Assembly: GCF_001194135.2 (NCBI RefSeq)
Contig: NC_068982.1
Coordinates: 182,496,689-182,531,384, forward strand
Length of the DNA: 34,696 bases
Origin: Octopus bimaculoides
Taxonomy: Eukaryota
Direction: 5' to 3'
In this document: in pieces, positions 24,761 through 34,696 of the stretch
Position numbering within the stretch: the first letter of the stretch is position 1
How the letters are laid out: the number at the start of each line of letters is the position of its first letter
The notes under the pieces: generated by a model
Seen by the model: only the letters and a program-made list of their open reading frames with translations
Told to the model about the DNA's origin: nothing
Databases searched by the model: none
Position numbers and translations under genes: made by a program

Positions 24761-26120
24761 ATTATTATTATTATTATTCAGTAGTTTTATTTTTATAACG
24801 TGCTTTCACTTCACTACCGAGCGCAGCTCTGTGCGCCTTGGGTATGTGCTGTGGTTTGCTGTGGTGCTCTTATGTTTACTGTATTGAAAGTGTTTTGCGT
24901 AGAATGTGTGCAGTACCCAGTAGTGCAATTTTCTGTATGTTATATATATTTGTAAGTCCTGGTGTTTTGTTATGTATTTGTCTGAATATTTTTTTATTAT
25001 ACCTAAGGCACCTACTATGATAGGAATTGTTTCTGTTTTTAGATTCCACATTCGAGTTATCTCTATTTCCAGGTCTTTGTATTTTGAAAGNNNNNNNNNN
25101 NNNNNNNNNNNNNNNNNNNNNNNNNNNNNNNNNNNNNNNNNNNNNNNNNNNNNNNNNNNNNNNNNNNNNNNNNNNNNNNNNNNNNNNNNNNNNNNNNNNN
25201 NNNNNNNNNNNNNNNNNNNNNNNNNNNNNNNNNNNNNNNNNNNNNNNNNNNNNNNNNNNNNNNNNNNNNNNNNNNNNNNNNNNNNNNNNNNNNNNNNNNN
25301 NNNNNNNNNNNNNNNNNNNNNNNNNNNNNNNNNNNNNNNNNNNNNNNNNNNNNNNNNNNNNNNNNNNNNNNNNNNNNNNNNNNNNNNNNNNNNNNNNNNN
25401 NNNNNNNNNNNNNNNNNNNNNNNNNNNNNNNNNNNNNNNNNNNNNNNNNNNNNNNNNNNNNNNNNNNNNNNNNNNNNNNNNNNNNNNNNNNNNNNNNNNN
25501 NNNNNNNNNNNNNNNNNNNNNNNNNNNNNNNNNNNNNNNNNNNNNNNNNNNNNNNNNNNNNNNNNNNNNNNNNNNNNNNNNNNNNNNNNNNNNNNNNNNN
25601 NNNNNNNNNNNNNNNNNNNNNNNNNNNNNNNNNNNNNNNNNNNNNNNNNNNNNNNNNNNNNNNNNNNNNNNNNNNNNNNNNNNNNNNNNNNNNNNNNNNN
25701 NNNNNNNNNNNNNNNNNNNNNNNNNNNNNNNNNNNNNNNNNNNNNNNNNNNNNNNNNNNNNNNNNNNNNNNNNNNNNNNNNNNNNNNNNNNNNNNNNNNN
25801 NNNNNNNNNNNNNNNNNNNNNNNNNNNNNNNNNNNNNNNNNNNNNNNNNNNNNNNNNNNNNNNNNNNNNNNNNNNNNNNNNNNNNNNNNNNNNNNNNNNN
25901 NNNNNNNNNNNNNNNTTGACTCCTAAATACTTATATGGTTGGCTTTCGTCTAGTTCTCTTATTTCATTGGCTTTATCTAGTGTTATATTGCTACTTTTAA
26001 CTAATTTTCCTCTTTTCAGGGTTGCTTTGGCACATTTTTCTAATCCGAATTTCATTTCTATTTCCTTGGTAAAGCCGTGTACTGTATGTAGTAGTGTTTC
26101 TAGCTCTTTGTCGTTTTTTG

Positions 26121-26121
<1 letters not shown>
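24761..26121 (-). mobile_element. 5'-truncated R4/Dong-clade element (family A2) bounded by (TAA)17 upstream and (TAA)6 downstream; interior lies in an N gap
   Basis: AKNDKELETLLHTVHGFTKEIEMKFGLEKCAK...YKYLGV (26121-25916); LSKYKDLEIEITRMWNLKTETIPIIVGALG (25090-about 24990); 3' UTR ending GTGAAAGCACGTTATAAAAATAAAACTACTG-(AAT)n. ATT tracts on + at 26122-26172 and 24761-24778. Confidence 0.9.
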
Positions 26122-26172
<51 letters not shown>

Positions 26173-26648
26173 GAGAGAGCAGTGCACGCCATCAAAGTGA
26201 CACTGGGGTAAAATATACGAAGCCCAGTATACCCATCATGACTACCCGCTTGATAATGGTACGCCAGGCACATGCATCACAACCATATGTACGCGACATA
26301 GCTATTTCATATCAAGATAAACAACGCATGATCTTGCAGGTGGGACCCGTTAGAATTTTCGTCAGGTCGAGTAGCCCAACCCGCTCAAAAGGTCCCTGAA
26401 TAAGGGTTGTTTAAGGATGATGAACGAAACAGCCATGTTTCCACAGGTAAATTATCCAAACTCCCCAAAATTCCTCTCAACGCTATGATGCGCCTCCACT
26501 ACTTTTGCTCGTGTTCAGAGATAGACATATTGTCAGCCACTAAGGGACATGCTCAAGTGGTTAAGGTCAAGCAACTGACAACCAAATCTGTGGTATTGAA
26601 CGGAATATTTCTTGTAGCCCATCTTTTATACCAAGACAAAATGATGTA
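26173..26648 (-). mobile_element. Unclassified non-coding interspersed element X ending in the (TAA)17 tract
   Basis: About 475 bp of complex sequence without a credible ORF, sandwiched between R4 pieces and terminating ...GGCGTGCACTGCTCTCTC-(AAT)17 on the minus strand. I recall similar sequence as an abundant octopus repeat (unverified). Confidence 0.55.
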
Positions 26649-26656
26649 GATGGTTA

Positions 26657-26710
26657 CTATTAATATTATTCAGCAGTCTTATTTTTATCACGTGCTTTCA
26701 CTTCTCTATC
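26657..26710 (-). mobile_element. 54-nt micro-copy of the family A2 3' terminus with degenerate TAA tail and 8-bp flanking direct repeat
   Basis: 26665-26712 matches 24773-24820 at 43/48 nt; GATGGTTA occurs at 26649-26656 and 26711-26718. Confidence 0.75.
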
Positions 26711-29640
26711 GATGGTTATATTCCATTTATCAGTATATTCAAATCCTAGCTTTCTACAAACCTCCCAGTGGATTGCTCTCCCCTAGATTGTCATGTCTTT
26801 TCTTGTATTATTTCTGTGCAAGCATTCTACATTCACCTATTATACGAGTAATGCTTTCCCCTTTTGATTTGCATAATCTACATTGAGAATCTACTTGGTT
26901 TTTGTTTATTTTGGCTTTTAATCCAATTAGAACTTAACGCTCGATCTTGTGCAGCTACTAACGAACTTTCTGTCTCTCTCTTCAGCTTTCCCTTCTGTAG
27001 CCATACTACTATTTGCTGAAACTATCNNNNNNNNNNNNNNNNNNNNNNNNNNNNNNNNNNNNNNNNNNNNNNNNNNNNNNNNNNNNNNNNNNNNNNNNNN
27101 NNNNNNNNNNNNNNNNNNNNNNNNNNNNNNNNNNNNNNNNNNNNNNNNNNNNNNNNNNNNNNNNNNNNNNNNNNNNNNNNNNNNNNNNNNNNNNNNNNNN
27201 NNNNNNNNNNNNNNNNNNNNNNNNNNNNNNNNNNNNNNNNNNNNNNNNNNNNNNNNNNNNNNNNNNNCTCTCTCTTCAGCTTTCCCTTCTGTAGCCATAC
27301 TACTATTTGCTGAAACTATCTTTAGTACTATTTGCTGAAACTATCTTTAGTAATCTACAATACAACGCTTTCTCTTGCCAGTCAGATAACTTCTGTTCTT
27401 TTTTCTGATTTTTAAGTTCGTTTGATGTTTTAGTTTCCCTATGTCTTGCTGTGACTCTAGCAGCTTTTAATAAACTTTCTTCACTATCACCTACATAGGA
27501 GTCTATATCTACTCTAATTAACTCCACACAGTCTTCTACTGATATTAACCCTCTTTCACCTTCCTTTTTAGGTAAGTATAATCTTGCTACTTCTGCCCTT
27601 GGGTGCAGTCCTCTAATTCTTTCCTAGTTCCTCGATCCTGCCCAAGCATTTGCAGCCTTCACTAGATTCGTATCATTTGACTTTGACTTCATCAGCTTCC
27701 TCATTCTTCTGATGTACTCTTTCTCGATTTTCGTTTTCATTTCTGTAGTTAGTACTCTCTCAGGTTCTAATAATCCTAGATACTTGTAATTCTCTCCTAC
27801 TTTCAATGACTGTAATATCTGGCCATCTGGTAATTGGATGCATTCGCTGTTAACTACCTTTCCTATTCTCCTGACTAATATTGCACACTTATCTATGACA
27901 GTAAATTTGCTGAAGACTCTTACAGTTTGTTCTAAGGAATCTATCTCTCTTTCATTCTTACTAAAAAGCGTCAGATCAGCTATGTAAAGCAAATGGTTAA
28001 TTTTTCCATTACTGTTTCTGAACTGATACCCTGCTGTTGCCTTCCATAATACTAAACTGAGGGGGTCAACCATAAGACAAATATTAAAAGGGACAACGAG
28101 TCCCCTTGGAAAATTCCTCTGTTGATATTAACTTTCCATTAGGGTGTGTCTCCTGAGTAGAGGTCTACTTTCTATTTCTGCAAGCTAAAGCTTATTAATT
28201 CTCTTAAGTTGTCTGCTATACTGAATATACTCAAACATTCACTGATTCATGAGTGTAGGATCATATCATAGGATTTCCTATAATCTATCCATGCTATTGT
28301 TAGATTTTTCTTTCTATCTTTTACTTCATTTGAAACTGCTTTGTCTGTATATTATAGATCATGCGTTCCTCTAGCCTTCTTCCTGCAACCTTTCTTTTCT
28401 TCTGGCAGTAAATTCTGGTTATCAAGGTACTCGTAAATGCTTTCTGCAAGCATTCCTCTTAACGGCTTCTACACTAATGGTAAGCAGGTGATTGTTCTAT
28501 AGTTGCTAGCTATATTACCCTTGCTCTTATCCTTTGTAATGATTATTGTCATCCCTCTATTTATCCAATCTGGTAATATACTTCCATTAAGCCAATCCTA
28601 AAGTTGCTGCCTCAGCCTCCCATGTTAACTACTGGATTTCTTTAGCCCAGTACCCTTTAACTAAATTTGGTCCTGGGAACTTCCAATTCGGCATATTTCC
28701 TAACACTTTACTCATTAATGCACTACTTAATTTTACATCTGCCTTTCTGACTAACCGTCACTTTCTTTAACCATACTGCATCTCCATTATGATTCACTGA
28801 TTTATCCCAAATATTACTCCCAGAACACTGCATTAGGTCGCTCATCTTCAGTACTTCGTTCTTCACAATTTTTTTGGTTATAAAATCTCCTCTGATCTGT
28901 CTCAGATAATCTATTCTATTGATACTGATTCTATTCTTTTCTATATCTGGAGAGCTTGCCTGCTACTGTTATGACACACTGTTTCAACTCTTCTATTGCT
29001 GTCCCAAATCCTTTCTCTTCAACTAAGTGTCTTTCCACGAAGCAAGATTTGCAACTTGTCTTTCCTAACTTGTTTCTTTTCCAGGATTCTATTCTACTCA
29101 GATCTTGTCTTAAAGTCTTCACTTTATTCTGTAGTCACCTTTTCAACATTTGCTCTTTTTAAATCTTTCCCTGTGAAATATCTAATCTTCTGGTGGCTAC
29201 TATCCCTCCTGCATACATCAATAAGTAAGTGTCATATATATTTTTAGTGTCTATCCTCCTGATAACAGAATCTACTTTCCTAGTCATCTCTTGTAGCTTC
29301 CTGTTGTTGATGTCTTTTAATGCTGGCAATCTTTTTCTTACTTCCTTACTCATTACTTCCTGCAACTCATCTAAAATCTTCTGATCTTCCTCACTTAAAT
29401 CACTTAAGTCGTTGGTGCCAGTGGTTCCTTCCTTATGTATAGCGCTATTATTACTTTCTTCTTTAGGTTCTTCTTTGGTTTGAAATGTATCTCTTATGTT
29501 GTTGCTTGTCTTTTCCACTGCCTGGTCTTTCATTTCCAGTCCTCTTGTGATCTTTTCTACCTCCAATTCTCTCATCCACTTTCTACTAATAGCATTAGCT
29601 TGATCAACTAATCTCTGCTCAGTTACGTTAAACATACCCT
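26711..29640 (-). mobile_element. Long decayed R4-clade element (family B): N-terminal region, RT and zinc knuckle, ending before the RLE endonuclease
   Basis: MFNVTEQRLVDQANAI (29635); KGNIASNYRTITCLPL (about 28520-28475); AWIDYRKSYD (about 28290); RGIFQGDSLS (28120-28090); INHLLYIAD and YKYLG (ORF 27624-28073); CRLCKSKGESITRIIGEC...RHDNLG...IHWEVC...KW (26890-26720). Many stops and frameshifts. Confidence 0.92.
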
Positions 29641-29727
29641 CATACCATCATTTGTTGCACTCATATCATCGTTGTTGCACTTTTGTGCTGGTGGGGTGGT
29701 GCGTGCTGCTTTCTTGGCGGGAGGGAC

Positions 29728-29728
<1 letters not shown>

Positions 29729-29770
<42 letters not shown>
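29729..29770. repeat. (ATT)14 microsatellite forming the upstream boundary of the R4 stack
   Basis: Perfect run seen directly. Confidence 0.97.
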
Positions 29771-29772
<2 letters not shown>

Positions 29773-29867
29773 GGCGGCAAGCTAGCAGAGTCGTTAGTGC
29801 TCTGGACGAAACGCTTAGCGCTATTTCGCTTGTTGCTATGTTCTGAGTTCAATTGTTGTTGTTGTGG

Positions 29868-29905
<38 letters not shown>

Positions 29906-30155
29906 GCTGTTGTTGTTGTTTGTTGTTGTTGTTGTTGTTGAAGACAGCGAGCTGGAAGAATCGTAACCGCGCCAGATAAGATGCTTAGTGGTGTTGCTTT
30001 CGGTTTTGAGTTCAAATTGCGCAATGGTCGGCTTTCACTTTCTTCCTTTCAGGATCGATAAAATAAACGAGTCCTGGAGTGCAATTAATGTAATCGACTA
30101 GTCCCTCCCCAAAAAGTGTTGGCCTTGTGCTTATAATAGAAAGCATTATTATTAT
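29771..30155 (+). mobile_element. SINE head fragment (29771-29853), (GTT)n tract (about 29854-29940), then a decayed full SINE with tail type B (29941-30155)
   Basis: AAGGCGGCAAGCTAGCAGAG...GAGTTCAATT; second head AAGACAGCGAGCTGGAAGAA...GAGTTCAAATT...CCTTTCAGGATCGATAAAAT...GGCCTTGTGCTTATAATAGAAAGC-ATTATTATTAT. Confidence 0.8.
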
Positions 30156-31014
30156 GATGTTGTTTAATTTGTGATTTACAGAACTGTAGGGGTTCGACTG
30201 TGCAGCGCCGTTTCTAGGTTATTATACTTCATCAGCGCACGACCTCAACCAACACACACATCGTTTGCATGTGCAGAAACTTCGTAATGGCATTAGACGC
30301 TACTATTTCTATGCATATAACAATACCAGGTATAATTGCTATAGTTATATGGATTATAACAGTGTGTATCTATTATTCAAGAAAGTCTAGCTTATTTCGT
30401 GATAAGCATAAAACGAGTAGCTTCAAATACAGTTTCGAAATGACTGTAAATGTAAGGTATGCGATTGTTGATGAAAAAGCAGAGACTTTACCGTTGAATC
30501 AAAGCCTTTTTACTGTCCAAGGTGAGATTCCATAATAAAGATGACAGGCGTTTATGACTATCTCTCGTATCTAGTAAATTTAATCAACTTAATTAATTTA
30601 CAAACGTACTGGAGGGTAAAATCATTTGGTATACTCATAGAATTCTAGTATGAAAGTTATACACTGCTGTCTTGTCAGGAATTTACGTAAGAAAATAGCC
30701 CAAAATGTGTCTCATATTCACACTAGATTTAATGTATGAATGCAGCAATAACGTCGTTACATTTAATTTCGCAGGAGCTGTAAAATGAAGAGGGACGGCT
30801 TGCTGAAGTAGGTTAGAAAGCTGTATTGTCCACGATGAGTTTGTACAATACAAGTGACACCGTCTACGATTTTATATCTCATGAATCTATTAAATTTGAT
30901 TAATATATTTAATTAATATACGAAAGCAGTGAGCATTAGAATCTTTAACTGTATCCCGTAATAAACCTTTAAGTATAAATATTACAAGCACCTATGAATT
31001 TGATATATATAAGT

Positions 31015-31100
31015 GTGTGCCTTCTTATGTGTGTGTGTGTGTGTGTATGTGTGTGTGTGTGTGTGTGTATGTGTGTGTGTATGTGTGTGTGTGTGTTTGT
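31015..31100. repeat. (TG)n microsatellite
   Basis: Seen directly. Confidence 0.92.
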
Positions 31101-31101
31101 A

Positions 31102-31194
31102 TATTCTTTTATTATTTTACTTGTTTCAGTCATTTGACTGCAGCCATGCTGGAGCATCACCTTTAGTGGAAAAAATCGACCCCAGGACTTATTT
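31102..31194 (-). mobile_element. SINE 3' tail fragment (tail type C)
   Basis: Reverse complement ATAAGTCCTGGGGTCGATTTTTTCCACTAAAGGTGATGCTCCAGCATGGCTGCAGTCAAATGACTGAAACAAGTAAAATAATAAAAGAAT; shares CTGGGGTCGAT with the other SINEs, then diverges. Confidence 0.7.
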
Positions 31195-31687
31195 GGGATT
31201 CCACATTTATTTGTGTTTATGTAGGAGAATATAACTTGTAGGTATTCGGGGAAAAATTCCTAGAAACCTCTTGTAGTAATGTCTTGAAACAACATAATCC
31301 TATNNNNNNNNNNNNNNNNNNNNNNNNNNNNNNNNNNNNNNNNNNNNNNNNNNNNNNNNNNNNNNNNNNNNNNNNNNNNNNNNNNNNNNNNNNNNNNNNN
31401 NNNNNNNNNNNNNNNNNNNNNNNNNNNNNNNNNNNNNNNNNNNNNNNNNNNNNNNNNNNNNNNNNNNNNNNNNNNNNNNNNNNNNNNNNNNNNNNNNNNN
31501 NNNNNNNNNNNNNNNNNNNNNNNNNNNNNNNNNNNNNNNNNNNNNNNNNNNNNNNNNNNNNNNNNNNNNNNNNNNNNNNNNNNNNNNNNNNNNNNNNNNN
31601 NNNNNNNNNNNNNNNNNNNNNNNNNNNNNNNNNNNNNNNNNNNNNNNNNNNNNNNNNNNNNNNNNNNNNNNNNNNNNNNNNNNNNNT

Positions 31688-31718
<31 letters not shown>

Positions 31719-32639
31719 ACTTTGATAACTTTGATAGGTTTCGACCAGTAAAGGACCAGGCCATGTCTAGAAACGATTGCCGTCAAGGAGATGTTTTCTG
31801 TAATGATATTTGAGTACTCTCAAAACATTAAGCTAGCTAAATTTAATCATGCACCATGTCATTCTTTGGATAAACTCAGTGTGTCTAGGGTCATCTTGCC
31901 TTATGACATGTCCTAAATTCGCAAGAGGAGAAAAATACTTTATCTTTACTCCAGGAATTTAGTCGCCTAAAGACTTGAATGGCTATTTCTAAATTTTTTC
32001 GTGTGATGTAATTTAGCCTCTCCGATTGCATATTTTCTTCCCATCTGCTGATTTTCACTTTCTCCGTCGTTTTTCAAATGCACAGTTTTTCCTGCTTTTA
32101 ATATTTCCCAGCAATTTGCCTGACCATCTACTATGTGATATCCCTTCGCAGTTTCATAAGCACAACCGTTGGTTAACAACTAATAGTCTTCCCCGATCAT
32201 TAGACCCGCTCGTCCTCAGTTTTCAAAATCATCTGCATTTTCTTTGATTATCTCTCACTTAGAGAGTCATATATTTCTTTCCCCGATCACATATTTACTA
32301 TCATGCCATTTCCACGTCTGTTATTTTTCACGGACATTATCCCGAAGTATGTCGGTGCTACTAACAATAAATATCATGCTCCCTAATGAAGTGTTCCTAT
32401 CGAAACATTAATTTCTATTTCTACCAGCCAATAAAATCTAATGTATTCTACATTGGACTAATTATTCACATTAATTGCCGATACTAACCACCATTAACAC
32501 CCATTCAGATCCCCACTTAATATTCACTAATATTCAAAGATACAATCAATGAATTATAATTTGAGCTCCTAATATTATGACCAGGAGTGAAACAGTAGAA
32601 TCCTCTGAGCCTCGAAGAACATGCTTTGTGTTATTTACG

Positions 32640-32800
32640 GTCCTTGAAATTCCGAGTTTATATCAAGCGGAGGTCATCTTTACCTTTCCTAGTTCCTGAA
32701 TCGATAAAATGAAGTACCAGTTATGTATTGAGCTTGGTGTAATTGAATGTAACCCCCTCCTCTCAGAAAATGTGTTAATTGTAGAAATCAATATTATTTT
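32640..32800 (+). mobile_element. Highly decayed copy of the tail-B SINE
   Basis: CCGAGTTTATATC...GAGGTCATCTTTACCTTTCC...TCGATAAAATGAAGTACCAGTT...AACCCCCTCC...GTAGAAATCAATATTATT aligns by eye to the core and tail of 19405-19635. Confidence 0.6.
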
Positions 32801-33452
32801 TACTTTTAATAAAGTTGAGGATGTTCAGTGGTGTTGACAATAATGATGATATTGTTGAGAATGAGGTTTATATTATCACCACCACCACTACCATCATCAT
32901 CATCAATAACAACATCGTCACCGTTCATGTCGTCTTTGTCGCTATAGTTATTGTTAAAAATCTCCTCCTTCTCCAAACCGGACTAATCACCATTTTCCGC
33001 TGGCAGAAGCTGAAAAATCTCTAAAATTTAAGTCTGTCGAGTTGCTGTCGCTTTTGTCTGCGATGAGTGGCTGAAATTCATTAAATTGAGAAGAGGAACT
33101 GCCTCTGGTATTCACTCTGGTAATTAGCTGTCACTTGAGAAGTATTCATACTTAACGCTTACCGTCAGACTGTCACGTACGTTCATTCCTCTTGGGTCGC
33201 TGATATAGTGCTTTCCAACCACACTAAGTTAGACAGTGAAGTAGTAAGGTTACAAATTTTGCTGCAAGGAACCGCAGCAAAACTAGCAACACAAGCACGA
33301 AAATTCGTGCAGTTACGAAATTATCTTGCCAACCACGGCTGTCAGACTAGACAGCAATTTGCAGCACATGGGGCACCAGTCTTCTAGTGTATACATCGGG
33401 GATTATCCATGCTTTGAAAAGATATGTGAGACTGGAAAACTCTAAGCAGAAA

Positions 33453-33574
<122 letters not shown>

Positions 33575-34625
33575 TGTGTGCATATACTAACTTTTGTTTT
33601 TTGTCAAGTTATTGTAGAAGCGATTTTACATGAAACAGAAAGAGAGCCCAATATTACAAGAAAACTGGAGACAGGTCACTGTCACCACTCTTTTTATAAT
33701 AGTATAATAAACGTATGTGTGTAGTTGTGTGTAAGCTTATGAAAGCATATAACGAGAGATTGTTGCATAGATAACCATATATATATTTGTGTGTGTGTGT
33801 GTAATCTCTCTCTCTCTTTCTCTTTCTCTCTCTCCTTATATATTGTCTGTGTCTATGTGTAAGTGCATTTGTGTGAATGTGTGTGTGGGGGGGGGCATAA
33901 TTTGAAAATGTGTATGTGTGCCTTAAGTTGTCCAAAACATACTGCGTCTAGGCAGTATGCCCTGGGCAATTTGAAGAGAACAGGAACAGCAGTATGTGTA
34001 TTTCGACTATTGTTTGAATCGTCACATGCAGCTGTTTAACTTATTTAACTCTATAGAAACAAATTCCTCAGAAACCAATTAATATCAGAGTCAGGGTAAG
34101 TTGGGTAGACTAATTTGTTTATTTAGCAGGTCTCTTGGCTGCGATATTGAACATTAAATTACCGGTGTGTTAACAATGACTATTTTCATTGCTATATTTA
34201 AATGCCACAAATGTAATGCTTACGTTCGAGACGGCTATCAAAATATGCAGTTTATTATAGTATGTACTTTATATACATTTTATAGATATATTATGTAATA
34301 TATTATATCAATGAAACGAGGCATCTTTAGTGCCCCAGTAATTTAATATTCAATTTTGCACTATCAAGTAAAGTGCTGAATATGCCAACTGGTTTAAACA
34401 AATTATTCTGGCTCCTAATATTGATGGTTTTATACGCAATTTCTAGGTAAGTTAGGAAAGTAAACAGCTGTTGATGACAACTAATAAAAGTCTTCCTTCT
34501 TTTTCTGTCTATGAGCATATTACATAAACACAATGTTTACATTCACCGTAAAACAGTGTCAGCTATAAAGTTTATTAATATGTTATATAGTAAAGTATAG
34601 AAATGCGAATGCATATGTTGATCCA

Positions 34626-34696
34626 TCTTTCTTTTTCTGTCCCTCTCTTTCTCACTCTGTCCCTCTTTCTCTTTCTCTCTCTCTCTCTCTCTCTCT
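34626..34696. repeat. (CT)n-rich tract running to the window edge
   Basis: Seen directly. Confidence 0.9.

Noticed and set aside
26974-27350. Identical 53-nt sequence on both sides of the 27027-27267 gap, plus a 25-bp tandem duplication at 27301-27350
   Set aside because: Typical unmerged contig overlap around a small tandem duplication; probably an assembly artefact, not a repeat array or CRISPR.
2372-31786. Long ORFs containing X runs (for example 2372-3382, 8399-9268, 24972-25919, 31217-31786)
   Set aside because: They are open only because N gaps contain no stops.
31967-32247. Short ORFs in moderately complex sequence (also 12918-13124 and 15567-15773)
   Set aside because: No recognisable domain or TE motif; lengths are within chance expectation.
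14090-33133. Exact 13-mer TGACAGCTAATTA shared in inverted orientation 19 kb apart
   Set aside because: Several 13-mer matches are expected by chance in about 30 kb on both strands and the flanks do not extend. It is kept only as motif context.

Overview
AT-rich eukaryotic draft-assembly window with eight N gaps, dominated by di-, tri- and tetranucleotide microsatellites and decayed retroelements. The repeat families and microsatellite load resemble those of octopus/coleoid cephalopods; this is recognition from memory, not a database result. No host protein-coding gene, rRNA, intact tRNA or CRISPR array can be supported, and almost all ORFs in the track are microsatellite or N-gap artefacts. 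Recognisable content: (1) a decayed Penelope-like element (RT YLDD + GIY-YIG) at about 5.1-6.5 kb; (2) a frameshifted N-terminal fragment of a probable Hero/NeSL-like RLE retrotransposon at about 9.7-10.4 kb, invisible in the ORF track; (3) several tRNA-derived SINEs, some sharing one core but carrying three different tails; (4) a 7.2 kb same-strand stack of R4/Dong-clade RLE retrotransposon pieces and an unclassified TAA-tailed element, punctuated by (TAA)n tracts (22.6-29.8 kb), containing an in-frame chimeric junction and a 54-nt TSD-flanked micro-insertion; (5) a 133-bp foldback palindrome at 4.25-4.38 kb. I found no convincing wholly new biological system. The TAA-targeted retroelement stack and its junctions are the most informative part.
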